The notes: generated by a model not told the origin, from the letters alone. 64,000 nt of DNA from Candidatus Marinacidobacterium sp. (GCA_965204755.1 OZ242011.1:1376001-1440000); one strand, 5' to 3'. Positions 49,986 through 59,622 are shown, counted from the first letter of the stretch. A program made the numbers and translations.

Positions 49986-51236
49986 TTGCCGCCCCTCTCG
50001 TTCCGTCCCGCCCCGCGCTCGGCCGGCCGGCTCCTGACCGTCGCCCTGGTCGCTGCCGGCGCCCTCGGGCCCGGCTGCGGCGGGGGCGGCGACACGGTGC
50101 GGATCGGCGCCGCGCTGCCGCTGTCCGGGCGGCACGCCAATGTGGGCGGCTTCCTGCGCGAGGGGTACGCGATCGCGGTGGAGGAGGCGAACGAGGCCGG
50201 CGGCGTCGAGATCGCGGGCGTCGCCCGGCCGGTCGAGTTGGTGGTGTACGACGACAAGAGCGACGCCTCCATCTCGCCGAGCCTCCTCGAACGGCTGATC
50301 GCGGTGGACGGCGTGGCGGCGCTCCTCTCCGGCTACAGCACGCCGCTGGTGCAGGCGCAGGTGGTCGTGCCCATGCGGCGCGGCGTTCCGTTCGTGAACG
50401 CCGGCGGCGCGTCGCAGACGATCTTCCGCGAAGGGAACGAGTGGGTGTTCGGCGCCTTGAGTCCGGTGGAGGCGCTGGCGCGGACGACCCTGGAGTGGCT
50501 CGCCTGGGAGCAGGACCGCGACCGGTTGCCGAGGCCGCTCCGGTTGGCGCTGGTCTGGCAGAACACCGACCACGGCCGGGAGTACCGGGACGGAGTCCTC
50601 GAGGCCGTCGCGAGCGAACCGGGGCGGTTCACCGTGGTGCTCGACGAGTCGTTCGAGCACCTCTCGAGCGACCACACTTCGCTCATCGTGAAGGTGAAGT
50701 CGGCGCCGGCCGATGTCTTCCTCTCGGACGCCCACGAGCCGGACTTCCTCCTGCAGCACCGAGCCTATGTGGAGCAGGGGCTCCGCCACCGGGCGGTGAG
50801 TTACGGCGCTAGGGGGCCGGAGCGTTCGGTGCGCGAAGGGCTCGGCGCGGCGGTGTCGCACCTGGTCTCGGCGCAGTGGTGGACCCGGGCGCTTCCCTAC
50901 GAGCGGTCCCGCCGGTTCATCGAGAAGTACGAATCGCGCAACGAGGGCGCGCTGACCGAGTACTACCCGGCGGTCGCCTACGAAGCGGCGCGGGGGCTGA
51001 TCCTCGCGATCGCGAACGCCGGTTCCGCCGAGCCGGAAGCGATCCGCGACGCGCTGCAGGCCCTCGACCTCACCGATTCGCTGCTTCCCGGCGGCCGCCT
51101 CCATTTCCCGGCGGAACACCGCTACCAGATCCACAACCGCTCCGTCATCGTGCAGAACCAGACCGACGGCGGCACGCGGATCGTCTATCCGCCGGAAGCG
51201 GCGGAAACCGAATCCGTCCTCCATCCGGCCGAGTGA
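49986..51236 (+). CDS. Branched-chain amino-acid-type ABC substrate-binding lipoprotein (start approximate)
   Basis: Lipobox GPGC; VRIGAALPLSG, VELVVYDDKSD, ALLSGYST. Confidence 0.88.
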   Translation: MPPLSFRPAPRSAGRLLTVALVAAGALGPGCGGGGDTVRIGAALPLSGRHANVGGFLREGYAIAVEEANEAGGVEIAGVARPVELVVYDDKSDASISPSLLERLIAVDGVAALLSGYSTPLVQAQVVVPMRRGVPFVNAGGASQTIFREGNEWVFGALSPVEALARTTLEWLAWEQDRDRLPRPLRLALVWQNTDHGREYRDGVLEAVASEPGRFTVVLDESFEHLSSDHTSLIVKVKSAPADVFLSDAHEPDFLLQHRAYVEQGLRHRAVSYGARGPERSVREGLGAAVSHLVSAQWWTRALPYERSRRFIEKYESRNEGALTEYYPAVAYEAARGLILAIANAGSAEPEAIRDALQALDLTDSLLPGGRLHFPAEHRYQIHNRSVIVQNQTDGGTRIVYPPEAAETESVLHPAE

Positions 51237-51255
51237 CCCGGCGCGCGGCCGGACG

Positions 51256-51482
51256 GCATCCCGCCGCGGAAAGAGCGCCCCGCCATCCACTCCTCGACGC
51301 GAGGGCGCCAAGTCGACGGTCGGTTTCGCGGCGGGGCGCTCTTCCCACGGGCCGGCGGCGCGAATCGCTGCGCGATTCCCCCCGCCATCTATCGCGGGGA
51401 GGGGGCCACCCCCTCCCCGCACCCCTCCCCGGTCGGCGCTTCGCGCCAACGAGGGCTCCCCGGACTTTCTCCACGGGCTGCT
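51256..51482 (+). repeat. ~225-bp MITE-like repeat, copy B
   Basis: Similar to copy A; ends GGACTTTCTCCACGGGCTGCT; tail CTCCACGGGCTG repeated near 51510. Confidence 0.8.
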
Positions 51483-51562
51483 CACGCTCCCCCGACCTCC
51501 CCTGACGCTCTCCACGGGCTGACCGCCCGCCATCTTCCGGCCGAGCCGGCCTCGCCCCGCTC

Positions 51563-52417
51563 TTGACCGAACTCGTTTCGGTGCTCGCCTCCGGCGTGCT
51601 CGTCGGGACGGTGTACGCCTACATGGCGTACGGACTCGGGCTCATCTACGGCGTGCTGCGGGTGGTGAACCTGGCGCACGGCGCCTTCCTGACGCTCGGC
51701 GTCTATGTGACCTGGTGGCTCCACTCCTCGTTCGGCGTGGACCCGCTCGTCTCCCTCGCGGCGACGGTTCCCCTCGGCTTCTTCCTCGGGGCCGCGGTCG
51801 AGCGGACGCTGGTGTTCCGCCTGCGGAACAGTCCGCCGGTAACCACGCTCCTGCTGTTGTTCGGCGTCTGGCTCATCGTCCGGAACGCCCTCTACCTGGT
51901 GTTCGGCGGCGCCGACCGCTCGCTGCTCACCGGCTACTCGCTCGAGTCGGTGGCGCTCGGCCCGGTGCAGGTGAGCGTCCCCCGGCTGATCGTCGCCGGG
52001 TTCTCGCTCGCCGGCTTCGTCGCGCTCGGCCTGATGCTGAAGCGGACCTGGAGCGGGCTCGCCCTCCGGGCGGCGGCGCAGGACGGTGAGGCGGCGGCGC
52101 TTTCCGGCGTCCCGGTGAACCGGGTGTGGGCGACGGCGTTCGGGATCGGTTCGGCGCTCGCCATGTCCGCGGGCTCGCTGATGTCGCTCTTCTATTCGGT
52201 GACCCCGGAGTTCGGGGCGCGGTTCCTCCTCAAGAGTTTCTGCGTGGTCGTCCTCGGCGGACTCACGAACATCGGCGGGATCCTGGTCGCCGGGATCGGG
52301 CTCGGCATCGCGGAAGACCTGACCGCGTTCTATGTCCACACCGGGTATCGGGATGTGGTGAGTTTCCTGGTGCTGACGGCGGCGCTGGTGCTGCGCCGCC
52401 CGGACGGCGAGCGCTGA
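51563..52417 (+). CDS. livH: ABC permease, LivH-like
   Basis: GLGLIYGVLRVVNLAHG, LRAAAQD..AALSGV, VVLGGL. Confidence 0.9.
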   Translation: MTELVSVLASGVLVGTVYAYMAYGLGLIYGVLRVVNLAHGAFLTLGVYVTWWLHSSFGVDPLVSLAATVPLGFFLGAAVERTLVFRLRNSPPVTTLLLLFGVWLIVRNALYLVFGGADRSLLTGYSLESVALGPVQVSVPRLIVAGFSLAGFVALGLMLKRTWSGLALRAAAQDGEAAALSGVPVNRVWATAFGIGSALAMSAGSLMSLFYSVTPEFGARFLLKSFCVVVLGGLTNIGGILVAGIGLGIAEDLTAFYVHTGYRDVVSFLVLTAALVLRRPDGER

Positions 52418-52462
52418 CGGCGGGCGCTGACGCGATCCTCCGGTTCCGGCTGGTACCCCCCG

Positions 52463-53437
52463 ATGATGTCCCCCGGGCTTTCGGACGCCGGCCGGAAGCG
52501 GCTCCTGGCCGCGCTCGCCGCCGCCGCGGCGCTCACGGCCCTCGCGCCACTGTTGATGGCGAACGCGTATGTCTTCCGGCTGGCCCAACTGCTGTTCCTG
52601 AACATCCTGCTGGCGAGCGCCTGGAACCTGGTCGGCGGGTTCGCCGGGCAGATCTCCTTCGGGAACTCGTCGCTCTTCGGCGTCGGGGCCTACGCGACTT
52701 CGCTGCTCTGGCTCGGCGGGATGCACCCGCTCGCCACCATGCCGGCGGCGGCGGTCCTCGCCGGGGCGTTCGGACTCCTCTGGGGCTGGCCCTGCCTCCG
52801 GCTGAGGGGGCCGTACTTCGCCATCGCCACCATCGGCGTGGCGGAAGCCACCCGCATCATCGTGAACAACCTGGAGGCGGCCGGCGGCGCCTCCGGGCTC
52901 ACGCTGCCGCTCGAAGAGGAAGGCGGCCCCTTCTTCCTCTACGCGCTCGGCGGGGCGCTCGCCATCCTGGCGGTGGTGGTCAGCGACGCCGTGCGCCGTT
53001 CCCGGTTGGGACTCGGCCTGGTCGCGCTCCGGGAGGACGCCGCCGCCGCGGCCGCCTCCGGCGTGGATGTGGGTCGGGTGCAGGCCGCCGCGTTCGCCGT
53101 CGCCGCGGCGCTCACCGGTCTCGGCGGCAGTTACTACGCGCAGTTCACGCTGTATGTCGTGCCGGAGAAGGTCTTCGGGTTCGACCTGTCCATCAGTTTG
53201 GTGCTCATGGTGCTGGTCGGCGGCATCGGGACGGTTACCGGGCCGCTGCTCGGCGCGGCGGTGTTCCTCTTCCTCGAGCAGTTCGTGCTCGCGAGCCTCG
53301 CGGACATCCACCTCGCGGCGCTGGGCGCGATCCTGATCGCCATCGTCCTGCTCGACCCGCGCGGGCTGGCGCCGCGCGTGTTCTCGCTGGCCGCCGGGCT
53401 GCGGCGGCGCCTCTCGCGGGGGCCCTCGGCGTCGTGA
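52463..53437 (+). CDS. livM: ABC permease, LivM-like
   Basis: WNLVGGFAGQISFG, LRLRGPYFAIAT, VLVGGIGT. Confidence 0.9.
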   Translation: MMSPGLSDAGRKRLLAALAAAAALTALAPLLMANAYVFRLAQLLFLNILLASAWNLVGGFAGQISFGNSSLFGVGAYATSLLWLGGMHPLATMPAAAVLAGAFGLLWGWPCLRLRGPYFAIATIGVAEATRIIVNNLEAAGGASGLTLPLEEEGGPFFLYALGGALAILAVVVSDAVRRSRLGLGLVALREDAAAAAASGVDVGRVQAAAFAVAAALTGLGGSYYAQFTLYVVPEKVFGFDLSISLVLMVLVGGIGTVTGPLLGAAVFLFLEQFVLASLADIHLAALGAILIAIVLLDPRGLAPRVFSLAAGLRRRLSRGPSAS

Positions 53438-54270
53438 GTCCCGTCCCGTCGTCGGCTTCTTCCGCCGTTTCGGCGGGCGGGGCTTCGCCCGCCGTCTCGG
53501 CGGGCGGGGCTTCGTCCGCCGTTTCGGCGGGCGGGGAGACGCCCCTGCTGGAGACCCGCGGGTTGGTGCTGCGTTTCGGCGGGCATACCGCCGTGAACCG
53601 CCTCGACCTCACGCTTCGGCGCGGCGAAGTGCTGGGGTTGATCGGCCCGAACGGCGCCGGGAAGACCACGATCTTCAACCTGCTGAGCGGGCGGCTGCGC
53701 CCGAACGCCGGCCGGATCCGGCTGCTCGGGAGGGACATCACCGGCCTGCCCCCCCATCGCGCCTGTCGGCTGGGAATCGCGCGCACTTTCCAGGTGCCGC
53801 GTCCGTTCCTCTCGTTGACGGTGTTCGAGAGCGTGCTGGTGGGCGCCCGGTTCGGCCGGCGCGTCCCCGGCGCGGCGCCGGAGCGGGAAACGGCGGAGTT
53901 GCTCGCGACGACCGGACTGGAGCGCCGGAAGAACGACCCGGTGCGGGCGTTGAACCTGGCGGACCGCAAGCGGCTCGACCTGGCGCGGGCGATCGCCACC
54001 CGGCCGCGCGCTCTGCTCGTGGACGAAGTCGCCGCCGGACTCAACCCGGCGGAAGTGCGGGACGCGGTCTCGCTGCTGCGCGAAGTGCATGCCCGCGGTC
54101 TCGGCATGATCTATGTGGAGCATGTGATGGAGGCGGTGATGGAACTCTCCGACCGCATCCAGGTGATCGAACACGGGGAGACGATCGCCTGCGACGCGCC
54201 CGCGGCCGTCGCCGCCGACCCGGCGGTGATCCGCGCCTATCTCGGCGGCGGGGCGGAGGGGCGGCCGTGA
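53434..54270 (+). CDS. livG: ABC ATP-binding protein, LivG-like
   Basis: GLIGPNGAGKTT, GIARTFQ, VDEVAAGLN, VIRAYLG. Confidence 0.9.
   Translation: MSPVPSSASSAVSAGGASPAVSAGGASSAVSAGGETPLLETRGLVLRFGGHTAVNRLDLTLRRGEVLGLIGPNGAGKTTIFNLLSGRLRPNAGRIRLLGRDITGLPPHRACRLGIARTFQVPRPFLSLTVFESVLVGARFGRRVPGAAPERETAELLATTGLERRKNDPVRALNLADRKRLDLARAIATRPRALLVDEVAAGLNPAEVRDAVSLLREVHARGLGMIYVEHVMEAVMELSDRIQVIEHGETIACDAPAAVAADPAVIRAYLGGGAEGRP
53455..53535 (+). repeat. 27-bp tandem repeat x3 at the start of livG
   Basis: GCTTCxxCCGCCGTxTCGGCGGGCGGG three times, encoding AS(S/P)AVSAGG. Confidence 0.85.
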
Positions 54271-54998
54271 GCCTGCTGTCGGTGACCGGCCTCCGGGTGC
54301 GGCGGGGAGGCGTTCCGGCGCTCCGGGGCATCGCTTTCGAGGTGCGGGCGGGGGAGGTCGTGGCCCTGCTCGGCGCGAACGGCGCCGGGAAGACGACCGC
54401 GCTCCGGGCGGTGAGCGGACTTTCCCCGGCGGAGGCCGGCGAAATACGCCTCGAAGGCGAATCGCTCACCGGCCGCGACCCGGCCGCCGTCGTCGCCGCC
54501 GGCATCGCGCAGGTCCCCGAGGGAAGCCGCATCTGGCCGGAGATGACCGTCGCGGAGAACCTGCGTCTCGGCGCCTTCGCCATCCGCCGGCGCCGGGGGT
54601 TCGCCGAGCGGCTCGACTTCGTCCACCGGTTGTTGCCGCGCCTCGAAGAACGCTCGGGCCAACTCGCCGGGGACCTCTCCGGAGGGGAGCGGCAGATGGC
54701 GGCCATCGGGCGGGCGCTCATGGCCGACCCCAAACTGCTGCTCATGGACGAACCGTCGCTCGGTCTCGCGCCGCAGGTGGTGGACACCGTGTTCGAGACC
54801 ATCGCCCGCATCCGGGGCGAGGGCGTCGCCGTCCTGCTGGTCGAGCAGAATGTGGTGCGCGCCCTCTCGATCGCCGAGCGCGGGTATGTGCTCGAAAACG
54901 GGCGCATCGCGCGAAGCGGCGCCGGGGCCGAGTTGCTGCGGGACCCGGAAGTGCGCCGGGCCTACTTGGGCAAGGCGGCGGCCGCGACCGAAGACTGA
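54267..54998 (+). CDS. livF: ABC ATP-binding protein, LivF-like
   Basis: GANGAGKTT, QVPEG, LSGGERQM, MDEPSLGLAP. Confidence 0.92.
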   Translation: MSLLSVTGLRVRRGGVPALRGIAFEVRAGEVVALLGANGAGKTTALRAVSGLSPAEAGEIRLEGESLTGRDPAAVVAAGIAQVPEGSRIWPEMTVAENLRLGAFAIRRRRGFAERLDFVHRLLPRLEERSGQLAGDLSGGERQMAAIGRALMADPKLLLMDEPSLGLAPQVVDTVFETIARIRGEGVAVLLVEQNVVRALSIAERGYVLENGRIARSGAGAELLRDPEVRRAYLGKAAAATED

Positions 54999-55064
54999 CC
55001 GCCCTCGTCAGGAACCGGCGGCGAAGAGCCGGCGGCCGGCAGCGCGCCGGCGCGAAACCACCGC

Positions 55065-55097
55065 CCCGGCGCGAACCGCTCGCGGGTTCGCGCCGGG
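55065..55097. terminator. Hairpin between convergent genes
   Basis: CCCGGCGCGAACC / GGTTCGCGCCGGG inverted repeat. Confidence 0.5.
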
Positions 55098-55122
55098 AGA
55101 AATCGGCCCCGGAGGCCCGGGC

Positions 55123-56532
55123 CTACGGCTCCGCCGCGACTTCGCCGAGCCAGTCGGTCAGCGCTACGAACTGACCGTCCTCGACGCGTTTCACGGTTAC
55201 CGCGTCCAGTCCGCGATGGTTGTCTTCGCTGAAACTCACGGGCGGCCCGAGGAAGGACTCATGCCAGTGGTCGAGGGTTTCGAGAGCGCGGATGAGGGTG
55301 ATCGGCTGGAGGTCTTCGCCGGCCAACTCCATTCCGTGATGCGCGAGTTGCGCCCAAGCCATGCCCAGCACCGCGTAGTCCCCGAAGGGAAGGTCCGGAG
55401 CGTATTGGGCGAGGATCTCCCTCACCCGGTCGGCGCCGCTGTGGTCGTTCGCCAGGTCGGGTGTCGAGGAGACGACGACCGCGCCCTCCCAGGCGTCGCC
55501 GGCGAGTTCGAACATCGCCGGATCGGACATGGCGATGGAACCCAGGAGTTGCGGATTCCAGTCCGGATCGGCGGCGACCGCCTTCGCCACTTCCGCCCCG
55601 AACTCGGCCACGCCCCAGATCAGGATCGCGTCCGCCTGGTTGTCGCGGAGTCCCGAAAGGGACTGGGCGATGGCCGTCCCGCTGCGCGGGCTGCGCAGCG
55701 TTCCCACATCTTCGGGCGCCCGTTCCGGGCGGCCCCAGCGTCCGCCCCGCGTGCGCTCCACGCGCCAGAGGGCGCCGTTCCGCTGCGGCAGCCGGGTCGG
55801 ATCGGAGACCCAACCCTCCGAGTCGGGATTCTCGGTGCGCGGCCGGCGGATCCGCGTTTCGTTGGACCTCGTGTAACGGACTTCGATGTCCTCCGGGAGG
55901 TTCGCGGCGACCTCGGCGTAGAACTCGCGCACGCCGAGCCGGTATCCCTCCTGCCCCTGCCCGCCGAACGGGGTGTCCTCGACCAGCGCGCCGATGCGGC
56001 GGGCGCCGAGTTCGCTCATCGCATAGTGGGCGAGCACCTTCGCCGCGGTGATCGAAGTCGGGAAGATCGAGAACACATAGGCGCTCACCGGGTCCGTCCA
56101 CACCGGGGAACTCGATCCGGGATTGATCCAGGGAATCAGGCCGTTCGCCACCCGGTCCTTGATGGCGAGGCAACTGCCGCTCCCCATGCCGCCGACCATG
56201 GCGAACACCGGGTCGCCGCGCACGGAGAGGAGGTCCTCGACAGCGGCCGGAGTCATCTCCGGGTTCCCCTGGTCGTCGCGGATGCTGAGCCGCACCCTCC
56301 GGCCGTTGATGCCGCCCTGGTCGTTCACCCACTGGAAGTAGGCGTCCATCGCCTTCGCCACATTGGAGAGCGCCTGGAACTCGCCGGTGAGCGGGGCGAA
56401 AGTGCCGAGGTGGATCTCGTCGGAAGTCACGCCCCGCGCGGAACCGCCGCAGCCGGCGGCGGCGAGGAGCGAGGAAACGAGGAGGGAGGAAGCGAGGAGG
56501 GCCCGGAGGCGGAAGCGGGAGGCGCCGGACAC
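55123..56532 (-). CDS. ABC substrate-binding lipoprotein (Leu/Ile/Val-binding fold) with internal insertion
   Basis: Lipobox AAGC; RGVTSDEIHLGTFAPLTG, VNDQGGINGRRV, VSFSEDNHRG. Confidence 0.85.
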   Translation of the reverse strand: MSGASRFRLRALLASSLLVSSLLAAAGCGGSARGVTSDEIHLGTFAPLTGEFQALSNVAKAMDAYFQWVNDQGGINGRRVRLSIRDDQGNPEMTPAAVEDLLSVRGDPVFAMVGGMGSGSCLAIKDRVANGLIPWINPGSSSPVWTDPVSAYVFSIFPTSITAAKVLAHYAMSELGARRIGALVEDTPFGGQGQEGYRLGVREFYAEVAANLPEDIEVRYTRSNETRIRRPRTENPDSEGWVSDPTRLPQRNGALWRVERTRGGRWGRPERAPEDVGTLRSPRSGTAIAQSLSGLRDNQADAILIWGVAEFGAEVAKAVAADPDWNPQLLGSIAMSDPAMFELAGDAWEGAVVVSSTPDLANDHSGADRVREILAQYAPDLPFGDYAVLGMAWAQLAHHGMELAGEDLQPITLIRALETLDHWHESFLGPPVSFSEDNHRGLDAVTVKRVEDGQFVALTDWLGEVAAEP

Positions 56533-56707
56533 CGGCCCGGCGGCGGCGCGGCCGGAAACGGGAACCGGCCGAACTCCGATGCGAACGGAAGACGGGGTGC
56601 GGGGGAAACGCAAGTTGGTCAGATCTCCTCGAAAAGGGGCCTCGGAAGGGGGAATCCGGCGCGCAGAAGCGAGCGAAACAATGTACCACAGCGGCCGCCC
56701 GGCGCCG

Positions 56708-56787
56708 CCGGTCCCGTTCGCTCGTCCCGTCCCGTTCACCCGGTCCCGTTCACCCGGTCCCGTTCGCCCGGCCCCGTTCAGCCGGTC
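56708..56787 (+). repeat. 14-bp tandem repeat, about five units
   Basis: CCCGGTCCCGTTCA/G units. Confidence 0.8.
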
Positions 56788-56980
56788 GCCGCGCGCCTGC
56801 GGACCTGGGCGGGAACCCGGTGATCGGGGTGACCGGCTGCCGGCGAATTCGTTCGGCAGGTAACCGCATCCGGTAACTGCATCCGGGGCGGTTCGTGGAA
56901 GCCGCCGAGTCTCGAGGCGCCCGCCCGGGTCCGGCGACGGAAGACGGAGCGACTCCCGCGACTTCCCTCATGGGACGGGC

Positions 56981-57032
56981 GCGGGCGGGACTCGCTGTCC
57001 CGCCCGCCTTCGAGCCCGAGGTTTCGGGCTCG
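56981..57032. terminator. Two adjacent hairpins downstream of the histone-like gene
   Basis: GCGGGCGGGAC/GTCCCGCCCGC and CGAGCCCGA/TCGGGCTCG. Confidence 0.55.
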
Positions 57033-57073
57033 CGCTGACGGCCCGCGACGCGGGCCGCCCTTTGCCGGCTGCG

Positions 57074-57742
57074 CTAGTCGGCGCTCTCGACCGGGGCGGG
57101 AGCGGGGGCCGGCGTCGGCTCGGGCGCCGGGCTCGGCGAGGGTTCGGCGGCCGCCGGCGCGGCCGGCTCGGCGGTCGTCCGACGGGCGGCCTTCTTGCGG
57201 GTCGCCTTCTTCGAGACCTTCTTCCGGGTGGCCTTCTTGCGGGAGACCTTCTTGCGGGTCGCCTTCTTCGAGACCTTCTTCCGGGTGGCCTTCTTGGAGA
57301 CCTTCTTCCGGGCGGCCTTCTTGCGAGCGGCCTTCTTCCGGGTGGCCTTCTTGGAGACCTTCTTCCGGGCGGCCTTCTTCCGGGCGGCCTTCTTCCGGGC
57401 GGCCTTCTTGCGCGCGGCCTTCTTCCGGGTGGCCTTCTTCCGGGTGGCCTTCTTGCGCGCGGCCTTCTTCCGGGTGGCCTTCTTGCGCGCGGCCTTCTTC
57501 CGGGTGGCCTTCTTCCGGGTGGCCTTCTTGCGCGCGGCCTTCTTCCGGGTGGCCTTCTTGCGAGCGGCCTTCTTCCGGGCGGCCTTCTTGCGCGTGGCCT
57601 TCTTCCGCGTCGCGGTGCGCCGGGCGGCGGTCTTCTTGCGCGCCACCTTGCGGCGGGCGACCTTCTTCCGGCGAACCAGAGTCCGCGCGGCGGTCTTCTT
57701 GCGCGCCGCCTTCTTCCGGGTGCTCTTCGCTTTCTTCTTCAT
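57074..57742 (-). CDS. Histone H1-like (Hc2/HctB-type) repeat protein
   Basis: About 30 KKAAR/KKATR/KKVS units followed by a Pro/Ala/Glu tail; GGCGGAG RBS. Confidence 0.85.
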   Translation of the reverse strand: MKKKAKSTRKKAARKKTAARTLVRRKKVARRKVARKKTAARRTATRKKATRKKAARKKAARKKATRKKAARKKATRKKATRKKAARKKATRKKAARKKATRKKATRKKAARKKAARKKAARKKAARKKVSKKATRKKAARKKAARKKVSKKATRKKVSKKATRKKVSRKKATRKKVSKKATRKKAARRTTAEPAAPAAAEPSPSPAPEPTPAPAPAPVESAD

Positions 57743-58074
57743 GTCCGGCTCCGCCTTTCGTGGCTGGGTCGTGTCGAAGAGGGAAGGAGCGGCGCCGGGG
57801 CGCGCTCCCTGTCCAGTACGGAAAACCCTATCATCCGAGTTCGCCGCGGGTCAACTCTCCACCGACCGGTCGAACGCGTCGAGAAGCGCCGGCGCGTACC
57901 GGAACCGGTCGCGCCGTACCGCGGCGCGGGGATTCCGGCAAGGAATTCGTTGCGCAACCGCGAAGGGCCGAGCGCCTTCACGCGGTCTTCCGACGCGGCG
58001 CGGCGTCGGCGCATTCGACGGGCCGCCGCCCGGACTCCACACCGCTCTTCCGCTTCGCCATTCCCGTCCTCCCC

Positions 58075-58950
58075 ATGGCCGAAGCCTCGACGAAGCGAAC
58101 GCCCGGAAGCCGTCTCCGGGTATGGGCGGAGTACCTGAAGATCGAGCACACGCTGTTCTCGGCGCCGCTGGTGTACGCCGGCGCCCTGCTGGCGGAACCG
58201 CCGCTCACGCCGCGCGCGGCGCTCCTGATCCTGGTCGCGGCCACCGGGGCGCGAACGGCGGCGCTCGGCTTGAACCGCATCCTCGACCGGGAACTGGACG
58301 CCCGGAACCCGCGCACCGCCGGGCGGGCGCTTCCTTCCGGCGACCTGACGCTCCGCTCTGCCGCGGTCGGCGCCGCCGTCGCCGCGGCGATTTACCTCGC
58401 GGCGGCCGCCGCGATCTCGGTCCGGTGCCTGCTGCTCGCGCCGATACCCCTCGCCGTCTTCTGGATCTATCCGCTGCTCAAGCGGTGGACCCGCTGGGCG
58501 CATCTCGGCGTCGGCGCCGGCCTGGCGACGGGCCCGCTCGGGGGCTTCTTCGCGGTGTCGCTCGACTTCCGCGACCCGGCGCCCATCCTGTGCCTCGCGC
58601 TGTTCACCCTGTGTTGGTCGTCCGGCTTCGACATCCTGTACTCGGTGCTCGACCGCGACGCGGACCGCGCCCAGGGACTCCACTCGCTTCCCGCGGACGC
58701 CGGCGTCCGTTCGGCGTACCGGGTCGCCGCGCTGCTCCATGCGGCGGCGTTCGCCGCGCTCGCCGCGCTCTACGCCACCGCCCTCTCCGGCGTCGTCACC
58801 CTCGGCTTCTTCCTGCTGGTCGGCGCGCTGTTCGTGTTCCAGCACCGCGTGCGCGACGATGTGCCCCTCGCGTTCTTCCGGGTGAACGCGGCGCTCGGCG
58901 CCGCCGTGTTCTTCGGCGTCGTCTTCTCCGGACCGCCGCCCTCCGCCTGA
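58075..58950 (+). CDS. ubiA: UbiA-family polyprenyltransferase (MqnP-like)
   Basis: KIEHTLFS, NRILDRELDARNPRT, FDILY..D..D. Confidence 0.9.
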   Translation: MAEASTKRTPGSRLRVWAEYLKIEHTLFSAPLVYAGALLAEPPLTPRAALLILVAATGARTAALGLNRILDRELDARNPRTAGRALPSGDLTLRSAAVGAAVAAAIYLAAAAAISVRCLLLAPIPLAVFWIYPLLKRWTRWAHLGVGAGLATGPLGGFFAVSLDFRDPAPILCLALFTLCWSSGFDILYSVLDRDADRAQGLHSLPADAGVRSAYRVAALLHAAAFAALAALYATALSGVVTLGFFLLVGALFVFQHRVRDDVPLAFFRVNAALGAAVFFGVVFSGPPPSA

Positions 58951-59001
58951 CCGCCGTCATCCGCCTCACCGCCGCCGGCGCAGCGCCATCGACCGCTTCA
59001 C

Positions 59002-59622
59002 ATGAAAACGACCGAACCGAACGAAACCGCGGAAGCCGGGGCCGCCCGTCCCCGAAGCGACGCGCGCCGGCCGCGCATCCTCGTCGGCATCTCCGGCTCT
59101 TCGGGCGCCGTGTACGGACTGCGGTTCCTCCGCCGGTGCCCCGGAGAGACCCACCTGATCGTTTCCCGGTGGGGCGAGGAAGTGCTGCGGCTGGAAACCG
59201 GCGCCACGGTGGAAGACCTCCGCGCGGCCGGGTCGAAGGCGTACCGCGACGACGACCTCGCCGCCCCCTGGTCCTCCGGCTCGAATCGTTACGACGCGCT
59301 CGTGCTCATCCCCTGCAGCCTCTCCACCCTCGGCAAGGTCGCCGGCGGGCTCGCGGACACGCTGATCACCCGGGCGGCGCAGGTCGCCCTCAAGGAACGG
59401 ATGCGCCTCGTCCTCTGCGTGCGCGAAACCCCCTGGTCCACGATCACCCTGAAGAACGCGCTGGCGGTCTCGGAAGCCGGCGGCATCGTCATGCCGGTGG
59501 CGCCGCCCTGGTACCGGCGGCCGGCGTCCATGGAAGAAGTGGTGGACGGATTCGTGGACAAGGTGCTCGGCGTGCTCGGTCTCGGAACCGCCCCGGGCTG
59601 GCGCGAAGAGGAGACGAAGTGA
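59002..59622 (+). CDS. ubiX: Flavin prenyltransferase
   Basis: VGISGSSGAVYG, SSGS, PCS, RAAQVALKE, RETP. Confidence 0.93.
   Translation: MKTTEPNETAEAGAARPRSDARRPRILVGISGSSGAVYGLRFLRRCPGETHLIVSRWGEEVLRLETGATVEDLRAAGSKAYRDDDLAAPWSSGSNRYDALVLIPCSLSTLGKVAGGLADTLITRAAQVALKERMRLVLCVRETPWSTITLKNALAVSEAGGIVMPVAPPWYRRPASMEEVVDGFVDKVLGVLGLGTAPGWREEETK

Noticed and set aside
56708-57742. CRISPR array
   Set aside because: Repeats are contiguous 14-15-bp units without unique spacers, and no cas genes are present.
57195-57760. Plus-strand RAAFF/RVAFF repeat ORF
   Set aside because: Antisense mirror of the KKAAR protein, which has the RBS and known family parallels.
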